Under the pieces are notes generated by a model, which searched no databases, was not told where the DNA came from, and was given only the letters and a program-made list of their open reading frames with translations. A program made the translations under genes and the position numbers. DNA of 46,597 bases from Octopus bimaculoides (lineage: Eukaryota): assembly GCF_001194135.2 (NCBI RefSeq), contig NC_068994.1, positions 30,771,281 through 30,817,877 of the forward strand, given 5' to 3'. Numbering within the stretch: the stretch's first letter is position 1; every line of letters starts with the position of its first letter. Positions 22,401 through 33,404 of the stretch are shown in pieces.

Positions 22401-22698
22401 TATATAAGATTCAGTTGAATTAGGTATTTAAGTTGAGGCATCTTGTTAGGTCAGAATAATATACACATGCAATAATATTATGTAAATATTAACCTTAGTA
22501 CCAAAGTACTGACAAAATTATATTCCTGTAGTGCATGCAAACAATTAGACCTAGCTGAGTATATAATCCACTTTTGAGCTCTTCAGACATGTACATTTTA
22601 TTAAATATACAATCCATAATATACTTCAGAATTTGCGTTGGGAATGTTCTGAGATAGCTGAATAAGATATAAATAAGTAACCATTAAAGGACAATTGA

Positions 22699-23110
22699 CA
22701 ATTCGTTACAGCCATTTCTTTAATTGATTAATGAGTACATAAAGAAACCGTTTTCTTCGGATGAATACATGAACTTTACAATCAAGGACATCCAAAATTA
22801 TTTAACATAGTTTAAATCTAAGGAGCAAAGCATTTTCAATGATTCTGCTACTATTTAGTTGACAGAATGGATTTATCAAAATGATGTATATTTAATCAGA
22901 TCATTATTTTGGTAAATCCATTGTCAACTGAAATAGTAGCAGAATCATTGAAAATGTTTTGCTTCGTGGATTTAAAACTATGTTAAATTATTTTGAATGC
23001 CGTTGATTGTAAAGTTCATGTATTCATCTGAAGAAAGTGGTTTCTTTATAATGATGTAATGTACTCATTAATCAATTAAAGGAGTTGTTAGAAACAGCTA
23101 TAATGAATTG
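22699..23110. repeat. Foldback element: about 165-190 bp inverted arms with a short spacer
   Basis: Left arm CTTTAATTGATTAATGAGTACAT...AATGGATTTATCAAAAT (22718-22882) is the near reverse complement of ATTTTGGTAAATCCATT...ATGTACTCATTAATCAATTAAAG (22905-23081). Confidence 0.85.
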
Positions 23111-23145
23111 AAACCTGTCCTACAATTGTTATTTATATATATATA

Positions 23146-23660
23146 TTTTACTTGTTTCAGTCATTTGATTACGGCCATGCTGGGGCACCACCTTGAAGGA
23201 TTTTAGTTGAACAAATCAGCACTAGGACATTTTTCTTTTAAGCCTAGTACTTATTCTATCGATCATTTTTGCTGAACCACAAAGTTGCAGGGATGTAAAC
23301 ACACCAACACCAGTTGTCAAAAGGATAGTGGGGAACAAACACATACGCACACACATATGTATATATTTCTCTATATATATGATGGACATCTTTCAGTTTC
23401 CATCTTCCAAATTCACTCACAGGGCTTTGGTCGGTCTGAGGCTATAGTAGAAGACACTTGCCCAAGGTGCTACGCAGAGGGGCTGAAATAAATATATATA
23501 TATATATATATATATTTGCAATGGACTGTTTTTAGTCTCCATCTACCAATCCACTCACAAAGCTTTGGTTGACCCAGGTCTATAGTGGAAGACACTAACC
23601 CAAGATGCCATGCAGTGGGACTGAACCTGAAACCATTTGGTTGGGAAGCGAGCTTCTTAA
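23146..23660 (-). mobile_element. Composite CORE-like SINE (23146-23488) plus a second SINE head (23520-23660)
   Basis: CTTGTTTCAGTCATTTGA...; two copies of CACAAAGCTTTGGT...ATAGT(A/G)GAAGACACT. Confidence 0.8.
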
Positions 23661-23742
23661 TATTGCTCAGTTTCATATCTTTGACCCTGAGACTGGAACA
23701 GATTCTCCTGGAAGTTGTTTCCAATCAGTATGTTACTTTAGT

Positions 23743-23762
23743 TTACTTCAGTTTTGCTTCAT
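23743..23762 (-). CDS. Candidate terminal exon D of the minus-strand gene (DEAKLK*)
   Basis: Strong acceptor ctttctaatctgtttttctgtAG. The phase-1 start completes a GAT codon with exon C; TAA at 23743-23745. Confidence 0.35.
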
Positions 23763-24277
23763 CTACAGAAAAACAGATTAGAAAGAAGCAAATTTGTGAG
23801 CTAAAATAAATGATTCGTTGTAACTTTTTTTTCTTTTAGGTACTCACACACACACACGTAAAATACGCAATTGAAGCAAAAACAAAACCAAAAAAAAAGG
23901 AAAGGCAATTCAAGGAAAAAAAAGAAACAGAGTTAAGGGGAATAACTCTTAACATATATTTCTTTTTCTTATCACACAAATTGTCAGGTTCATATATAAG
24001 TTCGATACACACATATGTATAGATAACTGTATACACACACTCACACACATGATTTTATGGCTTTCAGCCATGCTGGGACATCACAATCGAAGTATTTAGT
24101 CTATCATATCAACATCAATAATTTTGTCTGTGGCAACATTTTATTGATTTTATAGCAGGGTATGAGGCAAAATCAGTTGTGGATGAAAATACCACAAGGT
24201 ATTCTCATTTAGAGTAACTTTTTGCATTCTCATGATTAGAACACACAAACACACATGCAAAACATTAAGACACATTA

Positions 24278-24308
<31 letters not shown>

Positions 24309-24572
24309 CAATTTCTGTGTCCCAAATTTCACTTCACAGTGCTGAGCAGTGGTATCAAACCCGAAACCTCATATATTCAGAGAGGCTGTTTGTGGTATGA
24401 CAAAAATAGTTCACTCTATCACAAGATGCATGTGCGTGCATGCACACACACACACACACAGCATGTGTGAATTTATATTCAATTTTAGTGATTATTAAAA
24501 TTGCTATTATCTCATTCTCTTTCTTCTGTCTGTCTCTCTCTCTCACACACACCTCTCTCTGTCTATCAATAC

Positions 24573-24612
24573 CAAGGTTTTGATACTGATGTACAAAAGA
24601 ATATATGAGTTC
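24573..24612 (-). CDS. Candidate exon C of the minus-strand gene (ELIYSFVHQYQNL)
   Basis: Acceptor ttgatttgccacAG and donor TTG|GTATTG. 40 nt, phase 0 to 1. Confidence 0.35.
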
Positions 24613-25280
24613 CTGTGGCAAATCAATGTATTTAACTCTCACATCCCCACCCCGTGTATGTGTATATAAATATGTATGTATGTATTTACAAAAATTGTTT
24701 TATAAAACAGAAAACAGATCTGTTATTGTCTCATGGCATTGTAATATGTAAACTATTCTGTCTTGCTGTTGTTATTGTATATTTCACTTAATAAAGAGTG
24801 TATACACATGCGTATGTATGAGAGAGAGAGAGAGCAGTGTTTCTGTATATATTTTAATATCTGTTGCAGGTTGAAAATTGAAACCTGTTTTACAAATTAT
24901 GTAATAATAATTATAATATACCTATAAAAATTATCAATCTTTTTCATGTCTGAAGACATACCCGGTTAAATTAAGTCATGGATATTGCTTTCTAATCCTT
25001 ACAGTAAAAGACTATCAAAACACACTCATAAATATCTATGGATATGTATACATAAAACGACAGCCATATTCACTGAAAGAATCATGCTTATTTTCATTCT
25101 TGGGTAAAAAAAGAAAAAGAAAGAAAAAAATGAACTGTGGAACTCTGAAGTGACCCATTCTCTTTATAATTCCTCAAGGCAGTCATAATTGATAATACTG
25201 CATTTTAATTCTGTTCCTCCTGCAGTTGATTTAAATGTAATAAATTCTTATCTTTTATTGAATCTTGTATATAAATAGTA

Positions 25281-25336
<56 letters not shown>

Positions 25337-25907
25337 TTATTCGGATTCTTACTATAAAGCCACTATTGTTTTAGTATGAGGGAAAATTGCCTAAGCATCA
25401 TCAGAANNNNNNNNNNNNNNNNNNNNNNNNNNNNNNNNNNNNNNNNNNNNNNNNNNNNNNNNNNNNNNNNNNNNNNNNNNNNNNNNNNNNNNNNNNNNNN
25501 NNNNNNNNNNNNNNNNNNNNNNNNNNNNNNNNNNNNNNNNNNNNNNNNNNNNNNNNNNNNNNNNNNNNNNNNNNNNNNNNNNNNNNNNNNNNNNNNNNNN
25601 NNNNNNNNNNNNNNNNNNNNNNNNNNNNNNNNNNNNNNNNNNNNNNNNNNNNNNNNNNNNNNNNNNNNNNNNNNNNNNNNNNNNNNNNNNNNNNNNNNNN
25701 NNNNNNNNNNNNNNNNNNNNNNNNNNNNNNNNNNNNNNNNNNNNNNNNNNNNNNNNNNNNNNNNNNNNNNNNNNNNNNNNNNNNNNNNNNNNNNNNATTC
25801 TACAACATACAATGGCTTGTATGCATAATTAATCAGTTAATTAATCAACTAATTAATGGAACAGCCCTCAGCCATTCTCCTTAGACCTTATTTATCTATC
25901 AATCTAC

Positions 25908-25978
<71 letters not shown>

Positions 25979-26049
25979 TACCGCTAAGCATTTTGCCTGG
26001 CGTGCTAATGATTCTGCCTGTTTGCCACCTTAATAATGATAATATTTAT

Positions 26050-26270
26050 GTGTATGTATCTTTGTGTTTGTCCTCCACTTCTACTTGACAACAGGTATTG
26101 GTTTGTTTACATCCTTATAACTTAGCAGTTTGGCACAAAGGATCTATAGAATAAGTACCAGGCTTAAAAAAAGTACTGTGGTCAATTTGTTCAGATACAA
26201 GCCTTTGAGGTGGTGCTTCAGCATGCTGCAGTCAACTGGTTGCAACAAGTAAAAGATAGAAGGTACATAT
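26050..26270 (+). mobile_element. 3' block of the composite SINE, CpG-decayed
   Basis: CTTGACAACAGG...ATAGAATAAGTACCAGGCTT...CAACAAGTAAAAGA. Confidence 0.7.
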
Positions 26271-26289
26271 GTCATCACTTTCCTCTGTC

Positions 26290-26460
26290 CACTTTTATAT
26301 GCTTTCATGGCTTAATGGAATTTGTAGATGTAGATTTCTACAGCCGGATGCCCTTCCTGTCACCAACTGTCATCTGTTTCCAAGCAAGGTAATATTTTAC
26401 CATAACTAGACATTTTTTATGGAAGAATGGAAACAAACAGCCTCACTTTTATGTTGATGG
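26290..26460 (-). mobile_element. RTE-tail/V-like repeat fragment
   Basis: TTTCTACAGCCGGATGCCCTTCCTGTCACCAAC. Confidence 0.6.
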
Positions 26461-26464
26461 TGCT

Positions 26465-28281
26465 TGGGAGAAGGAGAGTCTGCCTAATGTAGACCCAACT
26501 GAGGGACCGGTTATCAACGATAGCTTGGTAGATGAAGTAATTAAGGATATGAAGACAGGGAAAGTCTCAGCCCATTAGGAATCACTGAGATGCTTAAAAT
26601 ATCTGGCAGAGTGGGATATGGCCTAGTCACCTGTATAGTTAATTGAGTTGTCTATGAGGGTGTCATACCCAACGATTGATGTAGCAACATTATGATCAGC
26701 TGCTACAAAAGCAAAGGTGATGCCTTTGACAGAAATAACTCCAGAGGCATCAAATTGCTGGACCAGGTGATGAAAGTCACAGGAAGGCTCACAGTTCAAT
26801 TAGGAAGAGAATTAATGTAGATGAGATGCAATTTGGATTTGTGCCATGTAGAAGCACAACTGATGCTATAGAAGTATTTAGCCAAAAATAAACCTCTGTC
26901 CTTGACTTTTGTTGACATAGAGAAAGCTTTTGACAGAGTCCTCTGCTCCCTTATTCGGTGATCAATGTGGAAGTGAGGGGTAGATGAGTGGTTAGTGTGA
27001 TTTGTACAAACCTTGTACAGTGATGCTGCCAGTAGGGTGTAGGCTGGCAATGAGTACTGCAATGAAGTTAGTGTATAAGTAGGAGTTCACCAAGAATCAA
27101 TTCTCAGCCCCCTCTCATTTATCTTTCTCCTCCAGACCTTAATAGAGGAATTCAAGACTGGCTTCCCCTTGGAGCTCTTCTACTCTGATGACCTTGTTCA
27201 TATAACTGAACCACTACCTTTTCTGACCTAGAGAAGAAATTTCAGGGGTGGAAGCTAAGGGTCTTAGAGTTAATTTAACAAAAACCAAAGTCTTACTCAG
27301 TAGGAAAACAGACAAATCACAAGTCCCTTCAGGGAGATGGCCTTGCTCAATATGTAAGAAGGATGTTGGTAGAAACTCCATATATTGTATCCAGTGCTAG
27401 CTTTGGACAAAAGAGGTGTAGTGGTATCACAGAAAGGTAAATGGAGAAAATAGATTTTGTGTTGCAAATGTGCAGGTACAATAAATACTAAAAATGTGCT
27501 GACAATAGACTCTCAAATGCTCAAGGGAATCATTGGTAGTAGTAGATAGATTCTGTTGCCTTGGTGATCAAGTTAGCAGTGGAGGAGGAAGTTTTGACAG
27601 TGTTATTGCTAAAGTAAGAACAGGCTAGACAAAGTTCAGAGAGCTTCTACCTTTGTTGGCAACTAAGGGTCTCTCCCTCAGAATGAAAAGTAAATTATAT
27701 GATGCTTGTGTATGTACAGCTATGCTACATGGCAGTGAAACATGGGCTTTGACTACAGAGAACTTGTGAAGGCTTGAAAGAAATGAAGCTAGCATGCTCC
27801 ACTGGATGGATAATGTCAGTGTGACAGATGAGCTTGGTCATGTGATGTGTATGGATGAGAACAACTGCATAAAGAAGTGCCTAGCTCTAATTGTGGAGGG
27901 AACCTGTGAAAAGGGTAGACCCAGGAAGACATAGGATGAAGTGGTGGGAAAGGATCTTCGGATGTTGAGCCTCATTGAAGCTGGGAGTTGTGGCAATTTG
28001 CTGTATTTGAGAAGACGCATGAAGCTAAGTAAAATTGCTATCATCCATACTTACAGGCTTGTTCTTTACAGGTGCTGGTGTCACATAAAATGTACTCGTG
28101 CCAGTGGCATGTAAATAGCACTGAGCACACTTTATAAAGTGGTTGGCATTAAGAGGGGTGTCCAGCTGTAGAAACCATGCTACAACAGACAGCTGGAGTC
28201 TGGACTGCTCCCTTGCTGGCCAGCTCCTGTCAAACCGTCCAACCCATGCCATCATGAAAAACAGATGTTAATCGATGATAA
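26465..28281 (+). mobile_element. RTE-clade LINE (RT plus C-terminus, short UTR and tail), degraded
   Basis: Remnants RGIKLLDQVMKV, DEMQFGFVP, FVDIEKAFDRV, GVHQESILSPLSF, ELFYSDDLV, KTKVL and GRPRKT. The conserved tail follows at 28060-28281. Confidence 0.9.
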
Positions 28282-28468
28282 CAGTCATAACTGTACTTCC
28301 CATGCCTTCAGTTATATTCACTCAAAACTGATAATTCATTTTGTCTAGATTCTTGCATGTATTTGTGTATGTTCAACAACAATAAGAACATGCTTCAATA
28401 GAATATTTCCTCCAGTGCTAAATGAATGCATACAAATGAGAGACAGGAGTAGAAACAAAATAAATCAC

Positions 28469-28561
28469 CTTCAAACAAACATCCCTAGATTTATTGAACA
28501 TTTTTCTTCTGGTTATCACACAAAGTTCCTCTAGTGGACTCAGCTGGTTCTTTCTATATGG
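28469..28561 (-). CDS. Candidate exon B of the minus-strand gene (PYRKNQLSPLEELCVITRRKMFNKSRDVCLK)
   Basis: Acceptor atatttcAG and donor AAG|GTGATT. 93 nt, phase 0 to 0, open frame in non-repetitive DNA. Confidence 0.45.
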
Positions 28562-29140
28562 CTGAAATATATATATGTATATGTGTGTGTGTATATATTA
28601 CACAACAACTACATTATAGCACTGAACTATACACCAACCTCTACCAAATTATGCACTACACAACTCACAACATTCCACCATGAAAGCACATCATAATATA
28701 CACTACCACTAGACTACAACAGGCTATACACTACATCACCACTACTACACTGCAACATACTGTATATCAAACACTTCGTTCCAGACATACACCCCTATCA
28801 CACTACATCATACAGCAAGAATATTTTAAAGAAAGTGTGACCAAACCTGGATCAGCTTCCATGAAGTAAAACCATGTTTCCTGTGGCAGACATGTTGAAC
28901 AAGTTTCTCCATGCCTCATTGCTTTGATGATTCACTAACAGCTTAATCATGCAAGGTTGATGCTTGCTTCACTGAACACTACTACATTTTTCTCATGACA
29001 TTGATCAAAACATGTACATAGACAAGCATGGGCATGTTGTTTAACCCCAGGTCAGCTCTGATCAAGCAGATTTATTATCTAAATATATTCCAGTCGTGGT
29101 CATTCCAACAATAATGTGTTTACACAGCAAACTTGTACAC

Positions 29141-29211
29141 CTGCTCCAGTGAAGTTTTTGATACGTTTTTTGAGAACAGCTTCAGTAAACCCCAAATCAG
29201 TCTGTTTGATT
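29141..29211 (-). CDS. Candidate exon A of an unidentified minus-strand gene (xSNRLIWGLLKLFSKNVSKTSLEQ)
   Basis: Acceptor tgtatttcttctgtAG and donor CAG|GTGTAC. 71 nt, phase 1 to 0, open frame. Confidence 0.4.
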
Positions 29212-29744
29212 CTACAGAAGAAATACAATGTGGGAAAGTTGTGTAACAAGACAATAAGGAAACCTTATGTGTGATTTTTTTTTTTTCTCTTTTTGTTGAA
29301 ATTGGTAAAAATAACAGCAAAATTGCCCTCAAATCTCATCCTCCAGTCTTAAAAGGAAATATGACATTAAACATTGATGTCCCAGATAGGTTGTGTCAGA
29401 ATAAAACAATGGTATGGTTATTGTTAGACCAATCACTAGTACAGCTCTACTGGATTAATGCAGAAGAACAACATGTACACACACACGAGAGAGAGAGAGA
29501 GAAGATAAAGCTGACACATTCTTAGTGTAGCGTCATGCCATATTTATAATGTTTATGCATGCACGCATGTGCACATGTGTATATGTACATGCATTCATGT
29601 ATGCATACACACGCACACACACACACACACACACACATACAAATGTACATGTCAGTTTGCATAAAAGGAAAAGAAAATATCCCATTCAAAAGTAAAATTA
29701 TTTTATAAAATCAAAAAAGTATCAACTTGATTATAGCCAGGAGA

Positions 29745-30450
29745 TAGCAGTTTACTCAAAGTAACTGTCTTCAGTTTCCTCAACATTCTTAAGACAATTC
29801 TGGAGCCTGGTGTATGCATTTCTCAATGTCTCCCTGGGGAGATCTTCAAGCACCTCTTTGATTCTTGGCCACCAGCTTGGTCTTGGTGTTGCCGACAGAC
29901 CAGTTGGTATCTTTCTCAGCTGTACCTCACACATAGTAATCCATAGGATTACAATCGGGTTGATTAGGAGGCCAGAAATTGAGGCTGGTAAGTCATAGGA
30001 ATATCTGCGACAACCACTTCTGATACTTTCTGGGGGTATGGCAAGGAGCTGAATCTTGCTGCTGTACATACGTCTTTCCAGCAGCAACCCTCTCCAGGCA
30101 AGGATTCACTACAGTCTCCAGCAGCTTCATATAATTGTCTGAATTGAGCCTAAGGCCCAGTTTAAAGATGAGGTGAATTATGGCGGGCAGCTGACCATGT
30201 TATGTATTACAGCCTTTACAATGTTCACAGTGCATTGAGCAGCAGCCATGATGTTGGCATTTTGATGCTCAGCACGAATTATCATGATACAAGTAACTGT
30301 TTTCCAATATTTAGATGCCTTCCAGCCTTCCATGTCAGCTGACATTTTATCGACTACAACTTCAAATTTTATGCTCTTCAATGCAGTTGACTGTTCACTA
30401 TTACATTTAGCTGTTCCTGATAGAAAGGTGACATCAAGCATCATCAAATT
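29745..30450 (-). mobile_element. Tc1/mariner (maT/DD37D-like) remnants
   Basis: Minus-strand FWPPNQPDCNPMDYYV*GTAEKDTN and RIKEVLEDLPRETLRNAYTR. The N-terminal-like KYWKTVTCIMIIRAEH resembles the copy at 20338-20878. Confidence 0.7.
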
Positions 30451-30459
30451 TAGCCTGAG

Positions 30460-30520
<61 letters not shown>

Positions 30521-30559
30521 GTTGAAATCTACAGAAAACCAAAAAAGAAAACAAAAGAT

Positions 30560-32215
30560 GAAGACAGGTGTATGAATAACAAGTGAGTGTATTAATTTGA
30601 TGCTCGGGATAGTGAGAAAGTCTTTTACCTTTCGAGCGTATGCTCTTCAACAGAAAGGAATAAGAAAAAATAAAGAGAGAATAAAAAAAAAGTTGTGGAT
30701 TTAGCGATTAAGCATGGCAACTGGTTGGGAAACAAGGGTTTGACAGGTGAAGTAGAAAGAAGGGGAGATAATAAAGTATCGGTGATCCCAAAATGAAGGT
30801 ACGCATGCATGTGAGAATGTGTAAGTGTGTGTGTGGATAGGGACTAGTAAATTTAACGTGTGGGTGTGCAGATGATGGTGTGAGTACTGGGAAGTGGTCA
30901 GTGTTAGTGTGTGTGGAGTTGTGTGAAACGGTGAGATGGAAGTTTGGGTAGGGGTAGGAGTGGGGTGTGGGTAGAGGGGGTAGGAGTGAAGAGATTAATC
31001 AGATGAAGAGGGGCGGGGAGTTGAGCCATGTGGTACAAAGGAGCTAAGAGAGAAGATTAATTCTTGTTCATGGTAAAGGCAGGAGTCTGGATGGCCCCTG
31101 TGCAAAGACAATCCGAACATAAATAGGTGTTGTAGAGCGGAAATGGCGCGAGACTAGGGTGATGTCTGATGTCTCGGAGACGCTCTACGAACCGGTCAGC
31201 CAAGCAGCATCCCGTTTGACTGATGTACAGAGAAGGGCGGAAAGAGCAAGTGATGCAGTAAATGACGTTGCTAGAAGAGCAGGAAAAGGAGTCGGTGATA
31301 TAGAGACGATGATGAGTGCCTATAAGGATGGTGGTGTTGGAGAGGTAAGGACAAGTGCGGCAGTGTGGGCTGGAGCAGGGGAACGAGCCAGGTTGGGAGG
31401 TGGGGTTAGGGAAAAACTGTGGACCATGAGGTCACGTAGGTTGTGGGTTTGTTTGAAGGAAAGGAGTAGATTGGGGAAGATGTGCGAGGTGGAGGGGTTA
31501 GTCTGGAGTCGCCGGAAGGCTCAGAGAATGGTGCGTTGGAGGGGTGGTAGGTGAGGGGAGAGAGAGCAGAGGCACGGTCCCCGGAAGTGCTCTGGCAAGG
31601 GCTGTGTGGATAGTGGTGAAGGAATATCTACAAAGGATGAAGTGGCGAGCCATGAGTTGAGACTGAATCGAAAAGTCATGGTTGTCGCTGTAGAGCCTGT
31701 GCAGATGGAGAAATTGAGAATAGGGGATGGAGAGTATGGTGCGGGTAGGGTGGGAGGAGGAGACGTTAAGGTATGAGTGTGAGTTGGTGTGTTTGTAGTG
31801 GATGGAGGTAGTGAGAGCGGAGTGGTGTATGTTGACCGAAATATCGAGAAATACTAAGGAAGTGTTGGAAATAGTGCAGGAAAATTTAAGGGTGGGATGG
31901 AAGGATTGGACAAAAGAGAGGAAAGAGTCTAGTTGTTCGCAAGATTTGAGGTCGCACCGATACAATCCTCAATATAACAACCGTATAGTTTGTGAGTGGG
32001 ACCAGTGAATTGTAAGAATATTTGGTCCTCAACGTAGCCAACGAACAGGTTCGCATAGTTGGGGCCCATTCTCGTTCCCACGACCACTCCCGAGATTTGT
32101 TGGTAAAAATTCCCCGCGAACGAGAAGTAGTTGAGCGGGAGAATAAGTTCGGCCAGATGAAGAAATGTAGAGGTGACCAGTTGGGGGTTGGGTCGAAGGT
32201 TTAGGAAGTGCTTGA
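30560..32215 (-). mobile_element. Penelope-like retroelement: RT C-half, GIY-YIG and 3' pseudo-LTR
   Basis: GTRMGPNYANLFVGYVE; FLDISV...HYKHTNSHSYL..SSSHP...SIPYSQFLHL; SSNVIYCITCS...LYISQTG...DRF.E. Coding part about 31005-32215, with frameshifts. Confidence 0.9.
30622..30657 (-). ncRNA. Degenerate minimal type-I hammerhead ribozyme motif in the Penelope 3' region
   Basis: Minus strand: CTTT CTGTTGA A GAGC-ATAC-GCTC GAAA G GTA AAAG. Stems I and II are intact, with two deviations from CUGANGA and GAAACGUH. Confidence 0.5.
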
Positions 32216-32260
32216 GTGCACGAAGTCCTGTTTATTTAAAGGCCACAATACATGCATTAA

Positions 32261-32315
32261 AGCGCTACTAACAGTTTCATATGTTGAGAGAACTCAAACA
32301 TATTCTTCTGGCGCA
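32261..32315 (-). ncRNA. Type-I hammerhead ribozyme motif with one core substitution
   Basis: Minus strand: GCGC CAGAAGA ATATGTT(T)GAG-TTCT-CTCAACATAT GAAA CT-GTT-AG TA GCGC. Stems I, II and III all pair; core is CAGAAGA rather than CUGAAGA. Confidence 0.65.
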
Positions 32316-32529
32316 AACCACATATCATAACGAACTAAAGAAATTGAATAATAGAAGAAATGCGAAAAAACTGAGAAGGCAGCATATAGAAAACGCAGAC
32401 AGTAAACAACGGAATACGAAAAACAGAAACTAAAATGTCAAAGATAAAAAGGAAAAGGTAAAAGAGCTATCCTCCTTAGACCTTAAATGATAAGGCTGGA
32501 AAGATATCAAGTTAGTCAGAAATAGGCGG

Positions 32530-32915
32530 AATTTTCCAATTCTCCAGAATATATTTATACATATGTATGCAACCACTGAAAATTTCTGACCTGAAGTTCA
32601 ATAGAGAGTAAGGGATCTTATATGTGAACAAGATCTGCATTCTTTCAACCAAACAAAGTCTACATTTATTCGATCCATTCATATAAGGTACGGATTTCTC
32701 AATTACTTTCTATTTAATCACATGCGGTGTTTCGTTATCTGTTAAAGTCCATACGTAGCTAGACAACTTTGTAGCTTTACTTTTGTCTCTATGTCGGAAA
32801 GAGGCTATGTGATTGGCATAGCAAGTTTTAAATTCTCCTTCACATAATCCAATATAGTTCTTCTTAAAGCTGTATGAGTGCATATTTATATACATTGACA
32901 CATTAGCATTTCGCT
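32530..32915 (-). mobile_element. Penelope-like GIY-YIG endonuclease fragment
   Basis: KNYIGLCEGEFKTCYANHIASFRHRDKSKATKLSSYVW and KVIEKSVPYMNGSNKCRLCLVERMQIL...LLNFRSEIFSGCIH. Confidence 0.85.
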
Positions 32916-32948
32916 AAGTCAGCCATAAATTTATACTGAGAGTAAATT

Positions 32949-32992
32949 TATGACTGACGAGTCTGCAATTAAAAGACGAAACTAGTCTAGTC
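32949..32992 (+). ncRNA. Minimal type-I hammerhead ribozyme motif with an intact catalytic core
   Basis: CTGACGA (32954-32960), stem II GTCT/AGAC, GAAAC-TA-GTC with palindromic ACTAGT. Predicted cleavage after 32987; stem I is imperfect. Confidence 0.7.
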
Positions 32993-33404
32993 CAGTGTTT
33001 CTCCAGTTTTGGTCATGGGGTGGTTATCTTCCCTGTCATGGTATATAAAGGTGCACTTATGCAGGTTTAAAGGGTTTAACGCTTATTTCTAACAATATAG
33101 GTGCTATTCAGCACCCTCAGTCGATAATTAGAGACAAGTTTATATATGTGTGTGTGTGTATACCCACACACGCACACGTGCATATGTGTGTGTGTTCTCT
33201 ATCTAAAGTAGATTATTAGAGAAATTTGGAAACTATTTCTGGCAGTCTAATGAATATTCAAAGAGCTCTATCATTTGCTGTTTTTTGAATAGACGTTATG
33301 AAGATCAACTATCGCTCTCTAGCCAAGTTTTGTTTACCTACCCTCACTGCTGCTACCATCACAATCTACAGACATACAGACCGGACATTGGAAAGAGTAC
33401 AATA

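Noticed and set aside
29290-29352. Further minus-strand exon upstream of candidate exon A
   Set aside because: The acceptor is good, but no donor gives both the needed phase and a plausible intron length.
31159-31554. 131-aa plus-strand ORF
   Set aside because: It is the antisense shadow of the Penelope endonuclease region.
33095-33126. Minus-strand CTGAGG-GTGCT-GAAT-AGCAC hairpin as a hammerhead
   Set aside because: The core is incomplete and there is no GAAA or stem III; at most a truncated half.
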